A DNA stretch of 64,000 nt from an uncultured Veillonellaceae bacterium (GTDB taxonomy: Bacteria > Bacillota > Negativicutes > JARBTT01): NCBI GenBank assembly GCA_963805085.1, contig CAWDTA010000004.1, positions 96,001 through 160,000 on the forward strand, read 5' to 3'. Below are positions 49,479-59,233 of this stretch, in pieces (within the stretch, counting starts at the first letter, position 1; each line of letters opens with the position of its first letter). Both the position numbers and the translations under genes were made by a program. Under the pieces are notes generated by a model, which had not been told where the DNA came from, searched no databases, and saw only the letters and a program-made list of their open reading frames with translations.

Positions 49479-49928
49479 TTAATTGGAATACTGCTTGATG
49501 ATATTGAGCACTGAACTCACCTGACTAGCAGACATAATTGCTTGCATATCTTTTTCATTCGATAATAGTTCCATCAGACTTGCTAATAAAGATAAATGTC
49601 CTTTATTATCCGTTGTCGCAAATGTAAAAACTAATTTGGCTGGATCATTTGTTATATTGCCAAATTCAATTGGTGCTTTTAATGTAACTAAACTAATGGA
49701 GACTTTTTTCGCTCCATCTTCTGGTCTGGCATGTGCCAAGACAATCCCTGGTGCGACTACCATGTATGGTCCAAAGTTTTCATGATGATGGATAATTGCA
49801 TCTAAGTAACTTGGCTCTATACACTTTTTTTCCAGCAATAGATCAGTTCCCGCTTTCACAGCATCCTTCCAATTATCACAGGCAACATTTAACCTGATAC
49901 AATCACACGTTAAAAAATCAGCTAACAT
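49479..49928 (-). CDS. PTS EIIA (Fru/Mtl/Asc type)
   Basis: GPYMVVAPGIVLAHARPEDG. Confidence 0.93.
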   Translation of the reverse strand: MLADFLTCDCIRLNVACDNWKDAVKAGTDLLLEKKCIEPSYLDAIIHHHENFGPYMVVAPGIVLAHARPEDGAKKVSISLVTLKAPIEFGNITNDPAKLVFTFATTDNKGHLSLLASLMELLSNEKDMQAIMSASQVSSVLNIIKQYSN

Positions 49929-49944
49929 GACTTATTACCCCATT

Positions 49945-52005
49945 TTATAAAGATTTAAAATCCTCATTCTCTTCCTTTAATGTAAAATTTCTAATCAACG
50001 ATATGACTTCCATTTTATCCTTGCATCTTCTCAACGTTTGCATTGCCACAGGATCATTAAAAACCTGCCACAATTCATAAAGAACTCTTAAATGTGATTT
50101 ATAATCTACTGCACCAAACGCAAAAATCAAATCTACAGGATCATTGGCTTGGCTGCCAAAATTCACAGGCTTCGTCAGTCTTACCATACTGAGACATATC
50201 TTATTTACGCCATCTTCACACCTTGCGTGTGGCATGGCTAACCCTGGTCCAATCACAATATAAACGCCTATGTCTTTCACACATTGGATCATACTATCTA
50301 CATATCTTTTTTCAACTGATTTGGTAGCTACCAGTAGCTTTCCAGCCGATTTGATTGCTTCTTCCCAATCCATTGCTTCTACATCAAGTGCAATGTTTTC
50401 TGGTAACAGTACATCTTGTAATGATATTTCATTTAGATGCTTTGTATCAACTTTTTCTATTGATGTAAATTTTTTATTGTAGAAATACTGAATTTGATTT
50501 TCAACCACAGTAATGCCTGCCTCAGACAAAATAGGGGATACCTGCAAAACTGCAACATGTTCTAGTTTTAATGCTATCGTACTAATGACAATATCAATAT
50601 CTTCTAATTCTGTTTCCTTCATTTCATAAACTGATACTGTCTTTTTGATATTCAAGTAGGGCATTCGATTTTTTAACGTAATTGCCAATAAATTTGCTGT
50701 ACCGATACCATTTCCACAAACGAGCAATACTTGCAATTTTTTTAAAGTACGAATTTTTTTACGTTCAATCGCACCCCCTAAATGAATCGTTAAATATCCG
50801 ATTTCATCTTCCGATATCTTGATTCCCAAACTACGCTCAATTTCTCCAACAGCCCTTAAGGCAATCATAAATAAGTTGCCGTACTGCTCTCTTATTTGTG
50901 GCAATAAAGGGTTGATCAACTCCATGCCATACTTTGCCCGTTCGACTGCTGGTTGTAAATGCAAAGCCAGATTATACATCAATTCTTCATCGTCTAAATA
51001 GATATCACCTAACCATACCTGACAATGCTCAACGAATGTCTTTGCGATATTCAATGCCACTAAATTTACCGAATCATGTTCAAGTCCTATATTCTTTTCA
51101 TCAGAAAAAATATAAATCTTACTACTCAGCAATTTTTGGGTAATAAACTGGCTTTCCATTCTATCGCAAATTGTTTCATTATATCTAGAAAGCTCTACTA
51201 CAATTTTTTTTGAAAAATCCTCTAGCAAATCCAATTGATAATGATCCAATCGCTGACTTTCTAAGTTTAAGATTTTTTTCTTCATATTCAATCTTTTTAA
51301 TTGTACAATGAGTGCCAGTACCATGTGATTGATCGAAAAATCATAGCAAGGTAACTTATTCTCGTTAACTAAACCTATAAAAAATTTAGCGATTTCCCTT
51401 ACTGGTAATTCCTTTGCATACTCCCGAAATAAGATGACTTCATATGAAGAATCATCTCCACAAATATTAGTAGCCCCAAAATCATGTAGACAATTAGAAA
51501 AAATATGAATTAATAAATTACGAATTGCCTCTTCGCTACCTTCCACCCATAAACCCAAACCCCGTTTAGAGCAAAGATTTAACTGGTGCTGCACCAATAA
51601 CTTTTTTACGCTTTTTAAATCGGTAAGCAAGGTACTTCTACTAATTGATAGCTTGACTGCCAAGTGTTCTGTAGAAATATACGTGTTATCATTTAAAATA
51701 TTCACGATAATTGCATTACAACGTTCTTCTTTAGTCAATACGTATTCGTAGTATTCTGACCAACAAGCAGCTTGCTCTTTTGCTTGATTTTCTAGGATCG
51801 ATTCTAGCCAAATACCTTTTTGAGCCTTTTTGCAAAGTATCTGCCCTTTTTTTTGCAATTCACTACCAATAGCATCTAGATCATAGCGAACCGTTCTTTG
51901 ACTTACGCCAAGTATCTGCGCGATTTTTTCCACGGTAAGCGGAGCTTTGCAAAAACTTGTTTCGAGCAACTTCAGTAACTCTTGTCTACGTGTATTAATA
52001 ATGAT
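49945..52005 (-). CDS. BglG/MtlR-type PRD-EIIB-EIIA transcriptional activator
   Basis: Two HTHs, PRD (LALHL, YLTIH), CGNGIGT EIIB, AMPHAR EIIA; start may be non-canonical, upstream of 51969. Confidence 0.9.
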   Translation of the reverse strand: MIINTRRQELLKLLETSFCKAPLTVEKIAQILGVSQRTVRYDLDAIGSELQKKGQILCKKAQKGIWLESILENQAKEQAACWSEYYEYVLTKEERCNAIIVNILNDNTYISTEHLAVKLSISRSTLLTDLKSVKKLLVQHQLNLCSKRGLGLWVEGSEEAIRNLLIHIFSNCLHDFGATNICGDDSSYEVILFREYAKELPVREIAKFFIGLVNENKLPCYDFSINHMVLALIVQLKRLNMKKKILNLESQRLDHYQLDLLEDFSKKIVVELSRYNETICDRMESQFITQKLLSSKIYIFSDEKNIGLEHDSVNLVALNIAKTFVEHCQVWLGDIYLDDEELMYNLALHLQPAVERAKYGMELINPLLPQIREQYGNLFMIALRAVGEIERSLGIKISEDEIGYLTIHLGGAIERKKIRTLKKLQVLLVCGNGIGTANLLAITLKNRMPYLNIKKTVSVYEMKETELEDIDIVISTIALKLEHVAVLQVSPILSEAGITVVENQIQYFYNKKFTSIEKVDTKHLNEISLQDVLLPENIALDVEAMDWEEAIKSAGKLLVATKSVEKRYVDSMIQCVKDIGVYIVIGPGLAMPHARCEDGVNKICLSMVRLTKPVNFGSQANDPVDLIFAFGAVDYKSHLRVLYELWQVFNDPVAMQTLRRCKDKMEVISLIRNFTLKEENEDFKSL

Positions 52006-52177
52006 ATGTACCAGCCCCTTATGCAGAACGTTCTGTATACTTATATTGTAATGAGTTCCCTAACCTGGAACAAGTTTAATAATTGTCACATTATTCTTGC
52101 AATTCTTGCCACAATTAGATTTTACAAAATAAAAAAGGTTATTGCAAAATTGCAACAACCCTTTTGACGTTTTCAAC

Positions 52178-53122
52178 TTATAAATTTATAGCGTTAGCAC
52201 TTGATAGCGCAACTTTTGCTTCACGAATCATCGTTTCGATAATATCTTTTGCAGGTTCGACTTTTCTTAACGGTAGTAAACTTTGCCCTGCCAGCACCAT
52301 GCCATTTTCAACATCGCCATTGATCGCAGACAGCTTATTCGTCCCAGTAGCAAGTTTAATGAGCTCTGCTTCTGGTGTGCCTTTTCTTTCTAATTCAACA
52401 AAATTCAATGAAAATTTATTTTTTAAGCCCCGCACACCATGTCCGATGGATTGTCCTGTTACGATAGAGTCTGTATCGATTGCTTCTATTAGTTTATCTT
52501 TTACATTATTATGTACTTTACATTCCTCAGCAATTAAAAAACGAGTTCCCATTTGTACCCCTGCTGCTCCCATAATTAAAGCTGCGGCTAGTCCACGACC
52601 ATCAGCGATGCCACCGGCAACAACAACAGGAATTTTCACCGCTGGAATAACCTGTGTCATCAGTGGCATTGTTGTAATCACACCAATATGTCCACCTGCT
52701 TCCATCCCTTCAATGATGATAGCATCAGCACCAGCAGCTTCAACACGTGTTGCAAGTTTTACATTTGGGACAACAGGAATTATTTTTACGCCTGCCGTTT
52801 TTAACTTTTGGAAAAATGGCACTGGATTACCTGCCCCTAGTGTTACAAACGCAACCTTTTCTTCACATACAACATCAATAATTTCTTCTTTGTTCGGGGA
52901 CATCAGTTGTACATTGACCCCAAATGTTTTATCAGTTAAGGTTCTAGCCAATTTAATCTGTTCTCTCACGAAACTAGCATCACGACCACCAGCTGATATA
53001 ATACCGGCACCACCAGCATTGGATACGGCAGCAGCAAGATTCGCTTCGGAAACCCAAGCCATGCCGCCTTGAATAATTGGATATTTAATATTAAGTATAT
53101 TTGTTATAGTATTACTCATCAT
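52178..53122 (-). CDS. fabK: Enoyl-ACP reductase FabK / nitronate monooxygenase family
   Basis: PIIQGGMAW, EGMEAGGH, AGGIADGRG, GVQMGTRF. Confidence 0.8.
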   Translation of the reverse strand: MMSNTITNILNIKYPIIQGGMAWVSEANLAAAVSNAGGAGIISAGGRDASFVREQIKLARTLTDKTFGVNVQLMSPNKEEIIDVVCEEKVAFVTLGAGNPVPFFQKLKTAGVKIIPVVPNVKLATRVEAAGADAIIIEGMEAGGHIGVITTMPLMTQVIPAVKIPVVVAGGIADGRGLAAALIMGAAGVQMGTRFLIAEECKVHNNVKDKLIEAIDTDSIVTGQSIGHGVRGLKNKFSLNFVELERKGTPEAELIKLATGTNKLSAINGDVENGMVLAGQSLLPLRKVEPAKDIIETMIREAKVALSSANAINL

Positions 53123-53134
53123 AATCTCCTTTTT

Positions 53135-53257
53135 AGAGACTGTTACAAAATCCCCATCTGCGTTGCTCATCCTGCGAGCACTCGCTCAACGTACTACACG
53201 TACGCCCTCGCTCGTATTCCCGCCCTGCCTAGCATCGGGCATCCTGTAACATTCTCT
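53135..53257. repeat. ~120-bp palindromic REPIN/MITE-like element, copy B
   Basis: AGAGACTGTTACA...TGTAACATTCTCT, core CATCTGCGTTG..CGTAC..GTACG..CCTAGCAT. Confidence 0.8.
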
Positions 53258-53519
53258 TTTAAATAAGTCTTTTTTTATTTTACCATAAATTACTAGATAT
53301 ATTCACCATTATTCTACAATTCTCCAAAAGAAAGAATCAGATAAAAACCTTTACTTTCATGCCTTAACAAATTATAATAATAAATTGTATGATAATATCT
53401 AATTCTAATAGAGTGCCTATCAAACCAAGTTAAGGTTTTGACCTGCCATCCTATCAATTTTTGAGGAATATGTTGCGCCTCAAGATCATTACTTAATTTA
53501 TTAAAGGGGCGATATTTTA

Positions 53520-53975
53520 GTGAAAATTCTTGCTAGACACTTAACTGTCGATATGTACGGTTGCAAATCAAATAATTTAAATAGCCTTATAGATTTAAAA
53601 GAAACCATCAAAAAAGCTGTGGAAGAATCCAACATGACTTTGTTAGACGAAAACATGCAGTTTCTTGAGGGAGATCAGCTAACTGCTCTACTATTGTTAC
53701 ATGAAGGTCATATTAGTATTCACAATTACCCTGCTTTAGGTTATACAGCAATCGATATTTTTACTTGTAGTGAAAATAGTCGTCCAGAAAGAACAGTTGC
53801 TGCAATAAAAGCTATTTTAAAACCTGAAAAGACAAAAACAACATATCTAAGACGTGGCGACTTCGGTGCTATAAAAGATATGAAACCAAAAATAAAAGTA
53901 AGCGTAGCGCCATTACGCCGTATTCGTAATACTGGTGCTAGGGTGATTAAATTATTATCACGTAAACCCCGTTAA
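53520..53975 (+). CDS. S-adenosylmethionine decarboxylase (SpeD)-like protein lacking the catalytic Ser
   Basis: RHLTVDMYGC, HISIH.YP, AIDIFTC, RG; EGH instead of ESH. Confidence 0.85.
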   Translation: MKILARHLTVDMYGCKSNNLNSLIDLKETIKKAVEESNMTLLDENMQFLEGDQLTALLLLHEGHISIHNYPALGYTAIDIFTCSENSRPERTVAAIKAILKPEKTKTTYLRRGDFGAIKDMKPKIKVSVAPLRRIRNTGARVIKLLSRKPR

Positions 53976-53987
53976 TCAACTAATTAC

Positions 53988-54023
53988 AAAACGAGCAAAG
54001 GCGTTCAAGTCTATGCTCGTTTT
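53988..54023 (+). terminator. Intrinsic terminator after the speD-like gene
   Basis: AAAACGAGCA/TGCTCGTTTT followed by T run. Confidence 0.7.
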
Positions 54024-54191
54024 TATTTTTTGTTTTTTATTGACTTGCAACGTTAAATAACTATTTTATGAAATTTGACTTTATTATATAATGATAAAAC
54101 TAATTTGGCAATAATTAAAAATTCACTAGATTTTTTTATTTTATAAACATTATCTTAACTATTATAAATAGATCTTATAAATATTTTAAGA

Positions 54192-54584
54192 CTAGGCAAG
54201 ATCATTTTTAGTAAAAGCATAAGGTAATATTTCTTCTAAAGATAATATTTTCGTATGACCTTTAATATTTCCTAAAATGATTTGCTCAATGCCAAACTCA
54301 GCAATCACTTGCCTACATGCTCCACAAGGTGCTACCGGGCCTTCTGTATCAGCAACGACCGCTAAAGCTATAAAGGAATGTTCTCCTTCCGATACCGCTT
54401 TATAGATCGCCGTCCTTTCCGCACAATTGGTCAAACCATAAGAAACATTTTCAACATTACAGCCGCTGTAAATTTTTCCGCTAGGTGTCACCACTGCTGC
54501 ACCAACTTTAAAATTAGAATAAGGACTATATGCTTTTTCTCGTGCTTCTTTGGCTGCTCTAATCAAGCTTTCCATATCCATCAT
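54192..54584 (-). CDS. cdd: Cytidine deaminase (homotetrameric)
   Basis: PYSNFKVGAA, NCAERTA, PCGACRQ. Confidence 0.96.
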   Translation of the reverse strand: MMDMESLIRAAKEAREKAYSPYSNFKVGAAVVTPSGKIYSGCNVENVSYGLTNCAERTAIYKAVSEGEHSFIALAVVADTEGPVAPCGACRQVIAEFGIEQIILGNIKGHTKILSLEEILPYAFTKNDLA

Positions 54585-54790
54585 GATTACTCACTCTCTT
54601 CATACTGATATTATTTATTAATTATAGACTAAAAATCTGCTCCTTAATAATTTTATTTTACAATACTATTATTATAAGCAATACAATATTTCTTTAAACT
54701 TTACAAAAACTTAATTTATTGTTAACAAAATCTACCTAATTTATTGCTATATTTGTTATATTACTATATTGCGTAAGGAGATACATAATT

Positions 54791-56551
54791 TTGTCTGGTA
54801 ATTATTTGAAAGAACTAAACAATATAATAGGTAATCAATTAATCACTTCCGTTTATCAACCAATCATCAGTTTAAGAGACGGTTCTGTACTCGGCTACGA
54901 AGCCCTCAGTCGTGGCCCTGCCGATAGTATATTAGCAAGTCCAGAAAAATTATTTGAAATTGCCGCAAAACATAACAAGTCTTGGAAACTTGATTATTTG
55001 TGTAGAAAAACGGCCATAACTACTGCAAAAAATATGCTAACAAATCAATTATTGTTTTTAAATGTTGAGCCAAAAATATTATATGATAAACGCTTCCACC
55101 AAGGAACTACGAAAAAACTTCTAGATAAATATCAATTAAATAGCGATAACATTATCTTTGAAGTAACTGAAAAAACTGCCATTGACGATTACACCAATTT
55201 TCGTGCGATCTTGGATAACTATCGCAATCAAGGCTATCGTATCGCTTTAGATGATGTTGGCTCAGGCTATTCAGGCTTAACGTTATTATCCAAAACCTCA
55301 CCACAATTTATAAAAATTGACATTGAATTGATTAGAAATATTCATACCGATAAAACTAAGCAAGCGATTGTTAAAGCATTGGTCGATGTTTCTAATGCAG
55401 CCCATATGACCATCATTGCTGAAGGCATTGAAATCAAAGAAGAGCTCCTTACCTTGATTACCTTGGGGGTTCAGTATGGTCAAGGATTTTACCTTAGCCG
55501 GCCTGCACCAGAATTTAATACATTAGATGAGGAACTTACGCAATTCATTAAAAATGCTTACCTAAAAAAGGAAGAATTCACAATGAATACTCGGCTTAGT
55601 ACGCCAATTAGTGAAATTGCTACAAGACAAATTTATTTTTCCTCAGATACTTTAGGCAAAGAAATTCTAACTTATCTACATAACAATCATGACCATATGG
55701 ACATCATCATCGTTGATGACAATTGTCCAATCGGCTTAATTAGCCGAGAATTTTTTCTCAGTAACTTAGCAACAAACTATGGTATGTCAATCTATAGCAA
55801 TCGTCCAGTAAAGTTACTAATAGATACCAATCCTTTGATCTTAGATTATACGACCCCTGTAGAACAAGCAACCAAAGCTGCGATGGCCAGAAATTCTGAT
55901 CACGTTTACGATTCTATTATTATCACAAAAGACAATGAGTATTTTGGTATAACAACGATTAAAGCTTTACTGGAAATCACAACAAAAATTGAATTAAATC
56001 GTGCCAAGAATGCAAACCCTTTAACTGGACTACCAGGCAATCAAATTATCGACTGGGAATCCAATCGTTATATTAATCATCTAGTTCCCTTTAGTGCAAT
56101 CTATATTGACTTAGATAACTTCAAAGTTTATAACGATGTGTATGGTTACGACGCTGGTGATACCGTGCTCGCTACCACCGCAAACATATTATCACAATGT
56201 TTAAAACGCTGCTGCACAGAGCATTTTCTTGGGCACATTGGTGGCGATGACTTTATTACCTTTATTCCTAGCGTAGATGTCGAAGGCATTTGTAAAAATA
56301 TTATTGATCAATTCGCCAAAGAATCAAAAACCTTTTATTCACTAGAACATCAGAAGCAAGGTTATGTAACAGCCAAAAATCGTTCCGATAAAATAGAACA
56401 ATTCCCCTTAATGACAATCTCCTTGGCCGTAGTTGTTGTGAATAACAATAAGAATATTACTACTAAGAAATTAGCAGCAAAATCAGCTGAAGTCAAAAAA
56501 ATCTGTAAGGAAACTTGGGAAAATAACTTCATTGTAAAAAATTATAATTAA
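54791..56551 (+). CDS. EAL-CBS-GGDEF c-di-GMP signalling protein
   Basis: YEALSR, DDVGSGYS, AEGIE, QGFY; NPLTGLP, DLDNFK, GGDDF. Confidence 0.92.
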   Translation: MSGNYLKELNNIIGNQLITSVYQPIISLRDGSVLGYEALSRGPADSILASPEKLFEIAAKHNKSWKLDYLCRKTAITTAKNMLTNQLLFLNVEPKILYDKRFHQGTTKKLLDKYQLNSDNIIFEVTEKTAIDDYTNFRAILDNYRNQGYRIALDDVGSGYSGLTLLSKTSPQFIKIDIELIRNIHTDKTKQAIVKALVDVSNAAHMTIIAEGIEIKEELLTLITLGVQYGQGFYLSRPAPEFNTLDEELTQFIKNAYLKKEEFTMNTRLSTPISEIATRQIYFSSDTLGKEILTYLHNNHDHMDIIIVDDNCPIGLISREFFLSNLATNYGMSIYSNRPVKLLIDTNPLILDYTTPVEQATKAAMARNSDHVYDSIIITKDNEYFGITTIKALLEITTKIELNRAKNANPLTGLPGNQIIDWESNRYINHLVPFSAIYIDLDNFKVYNDVYGYDAGDTVLATTANILSQCLKRCCTEHFLGHIGGDDFITFIPSVDVEGICKNIIDQFAKESKTFYSLEHQKQGYVTAKNRSDKIEQFPLMTISLAVVVVNNNKNITTKKLAAKSAEVKKICKETWENNFIVKNYN

Positions 56552-56564
56552 CCTTATATACTAA

Positions 56565-56596
56565 CAAAAAACGCCCACAAAAGTGAGTGTTTTTTT
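56565..56596. terminator. Bidirectional terminator (near-copy of 61896-61926)
   Basis: AAAAAACGCCCAC-AAAA-GTGAGTGTTTTTT. Confidence 0.7.
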
Positions 56597-56676
56597 ATTT
56601 AGAAAGAAGTATTATTGGTCTATAAGCGTTTAACTACTATGTTCAGTCTGAGAAAATCATAATTATCTAATTAAAA

Positions 56677-57531
56677 TTATACACGCCGCTTAGCTATTGC
56701 TTGTCGCATCTTATTCATATGATTCATGTATTTTTCTGTATCCTGCAAAGATATCCCCGTGTAAAGCAAATCTGCTATAGCAAAATGGACCAACCGCGAT
56801 GCTACGGCTTCCGAACGGTATCTCACTTCTCGCCCCATACCGTGCAGTATAATATCCGCCCGTTTCGCCAGCGGCGAACGCACATAGCTTGTAATTGCAA
56901 TCACCGATGCATTATTTTCTTTCGCAATATCCACCGACTGCAACAGCTCAATTGTCGCCCCCGTGTGAGAAACCGCAATAACTACATCTTTTTCCGTCAA
57001 CAGCGATGCCGATGTTACCTGCATATGAGAGTCGGCATATGCATGTACCATCATACCAAAACGCAAGAATCTCGTTTCAATATCATGACAAACTGTCGCC
57101 GAATTACCCAAGCCATATACAGCTATACTTCTTGCTTTGCACAAGGTTTCTACAGCCCTTTCCACCGCAGTGAAATCCAAGAGTTTTAACGTATCTTGTA
57201 ATCCATCATTTATATTCCGAAAGATTTTTCCCGCCATCATTTCATAAGAATCAGTTTGATGAATGTCCTGATAAATAGATTCATCCGGCGTATATATTTC
57301 TCCAGCCAAGGCAATTTTTAGACTTTGCAAACCACTAAATCCTAATTTTTTGCAAAAGCGAGAAACTGTAATCTCCGAACTGTTTGTATGTACAGCAATA
57401 TCTGAAATTGTCTGTTCCATGATGTTTTTTTCATTTTCTATAATATAATCAGCAATACGCCGTTCCGATTTTGTCAAATCCTGATAGCAGCTCCGCAAAA
57501 TCGGCAGCTGCAAGAGCGGTTCTTTCTTCAT
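56677..57531 (-). CDS. MurR/RpiR family transcriptional regulator
   Basis: LTKSERRIA, TVSRFCKKLGF HTH, SIS domain (SHTG). Confidence 0.93.
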   Translation of the reverse strand: MKKEPLLQLPILRSCYQDLTKSERRIADYIIENEKNIMEQTISDIAVHTNSSEITVSRFCKKLGFSGLQSLKIALAGEIYTPDESIYQDIHQTDSYEMMAGKIFRNINDGLQDTLKLLDFTAVERAVETLCKARSIAVYGLGNSATVCHDIETRFLRFGMMVHAYADSHMQVTSASLLTEKDVVIAVSHTGATIELLQSVDIAKENNASVIAITSYVRSPLAKRADIILHGMGREVRYRSEAVASRLVHFAIADLLYTGISLQDTEKYMNHMNKMRQAIAKRRV

Positions 57532-57646
57532 GTATAAAATTCCCCTTTCTAACGACTTACTCATTGCTCTATTATAACTCGCTTTTAGTAAAAAACAAAC
57601 AAGAGTCACTATTTTACAGCAACTCTTGTTTCTTTTTCATTAAACA

Positions 57647-58966
57647 TTAACCGACAAATAAATTGATAGCAAGTACGCCAATAAGTCCCACGATCGAAAT
57701 CGTTGTTTCTACTGCACACCAGGTACGTACGGTCTCTTTGATAGTAAGACCAAAGAATTCTTTAAACAACCAAAAGCCAGGGTCGTTTGGAGGGCTGACA
57801 ATTAAACTACCGGCGCCTGTTGCTAGCACCATAAGTTCCGGGCTAACACCAGACAGAACAATTAGCGGAGCAACGATACCGCCTGTTGTCAAAGCTGCTA
57901 CAGTTGCAGAACCAACCGATATACGAATAACCGCGGCAATGAGCCAAGCCAGAACCAGTGGAGAAAGATTTGAACCAGCCATCAACTCGCCAATATATTT
58001 GCCAACACCACTGTCAATCAGAATCTGTTTAAGGGCACCGCCACCACCAACAATCAGCAAGATCATAGCAATTGCAACAACAGCTGATTCTATAGTTTTC
58101 ATTACTTCTGTGATACTTTTACCACGATTCAATCCGAAGGTAAATATTGCGATAGCAACCGAAATGGAGAGTGCAATATCTGGATTTCCTAGAAAAACAA
58201 GTATATTCTGTATCATAGATTCTTTAGGTAACGTCAGCTTCGCAATGGCTGATATGGCCATCAAGAACACCGGTACCAATGCAGTTGAGATACTCGTTAA
58301 GAAAGAAGGCATTTCTTCATCCTTAAAAATTTTTGGATTATACAGTCCCTGTGGCACTTCCGGATTCAAATCCTTAACAGTGTTATAAAGCAAAGGTCCG
58401 GCAATAATTACCGTAGGTATCGCAATAATTACACCGTAGATAAGTGTCAAACCGATGTCTGCATTATAAATAACGGAAATGGCCGTTGGCCCCGGATGTG
58501 GTGGTAAGAATCCATGGGTTACAGATAAAGCGGCGGCCATCGGAATCCCAACTTCCAAAAGTGGTATTTTTGCCGATACGGCAATCGTGAATACCAATGG
58601 AATCAAAAGCACGAACCCAATTTCATAAAATAGTGCTATCCCCACAGCAAAACCGGTTAAACATACAGCCCATTTTACATTTTGGCGACCAAAAACATTG
58701 ATTAATGTCGTTGCAATCCGCTGTGCACCGCCACTTTCTGCCATAAGTTTGCCGAGCATAGCTCCAAAGCTCACAACAATCGCCAAACCACCAAGTGTAG
58801 CACCCATTCCACTTTGGATTGTAGGAACAATCTTCGCAATCGGCAGACCTTCCGTATATCCCATAACCATTGCTACCAAAACTAGAGACAGAAAGCTATT
58901 CAACTTCAACTTCACAATAAGAAAAAACAACAATATAATACCACATGCTAAAATAAATAAAGGCAT
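57647..58966 (-). CDS. gntP: Gluconate:H+ symporter, GntP family
   Basis: GAMLGK, HGFLPPHPGP, GSATVA, NDPGFW. Confidence 0.93.
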   Translation of the reverse strand: MPLFILACGIILLFFLIVKLKLNSFLSLVLVAMVMGYTEGLPIAKIVPTIQSGMGATLGGLAIVVSFGAMLGKLMAESGGAQRIATTLINVFGRQNVKWAVCLTGFAVGIALFYEIGFVLLIPLVFTIAVSAKIPLLEVGIPMAAALSVTHGFLPPHPGPTAISVIYNADIGLTLIYGVIIAIPTVIIAGPLLYNTVKDLNPEVPQGLYNPKIFKDEEMPSFLTSISTALVPVFLMAISAIAKLTLPKESMIQNILVFLGNPDIALSISVAIAIFTFGLNRGKSITEVMKTIESAVVAIAMILLIVGGGGALKQILIDSGVGKYIGELMAGSNLSPLVLAWLIAAVIRISVGSATVAALTTGGIVAPLIVLSGVSPELMVLATGAGSLIVSPPNDPGFWLFKEFFGLTIKETVRTWCAVETTISIVGLIGVLAINLFVG

Positions 58967-59099
58967 AATTTAAATCCTCCCTTAAATTAATTTTTTGATC
59001 TGCCTTAAACGCTTCCCTTTCCTTCTCTTATTTGTCTGATAATTTCATTTCTTTAGAATATTTTAAATTTGTTATAAGTATATCATTTTGCATCTTGTT

Positions 59100-59115
59100 T
59101 GTAAATATTATTTCA
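59100..59115. promoter_or_regulatory. Candidate RpiR operator upstream of gntP
   Basis: TGTAAATATTATTTCA resembles 61805-61820 and 61772-61787. Confidence 0.45.
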
Positions 59116-59233
59116 TTTTATTTTATTTTTATTGATATAGAACTATCATTTTTGTTTTAAAAATCAGGATGTCTTAACATTGCAAGACATCCGATCCATT
59201 TTACAGCTAAAATTCTATTATCTACAGCCAGTT

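Noticed and set aside
52164-53072. 302-aa plus-strand ORF (also 57663-58388, 18517-19068 and similar)
   Set aside because: Antisense shadows of well-supported minus-strand genes.
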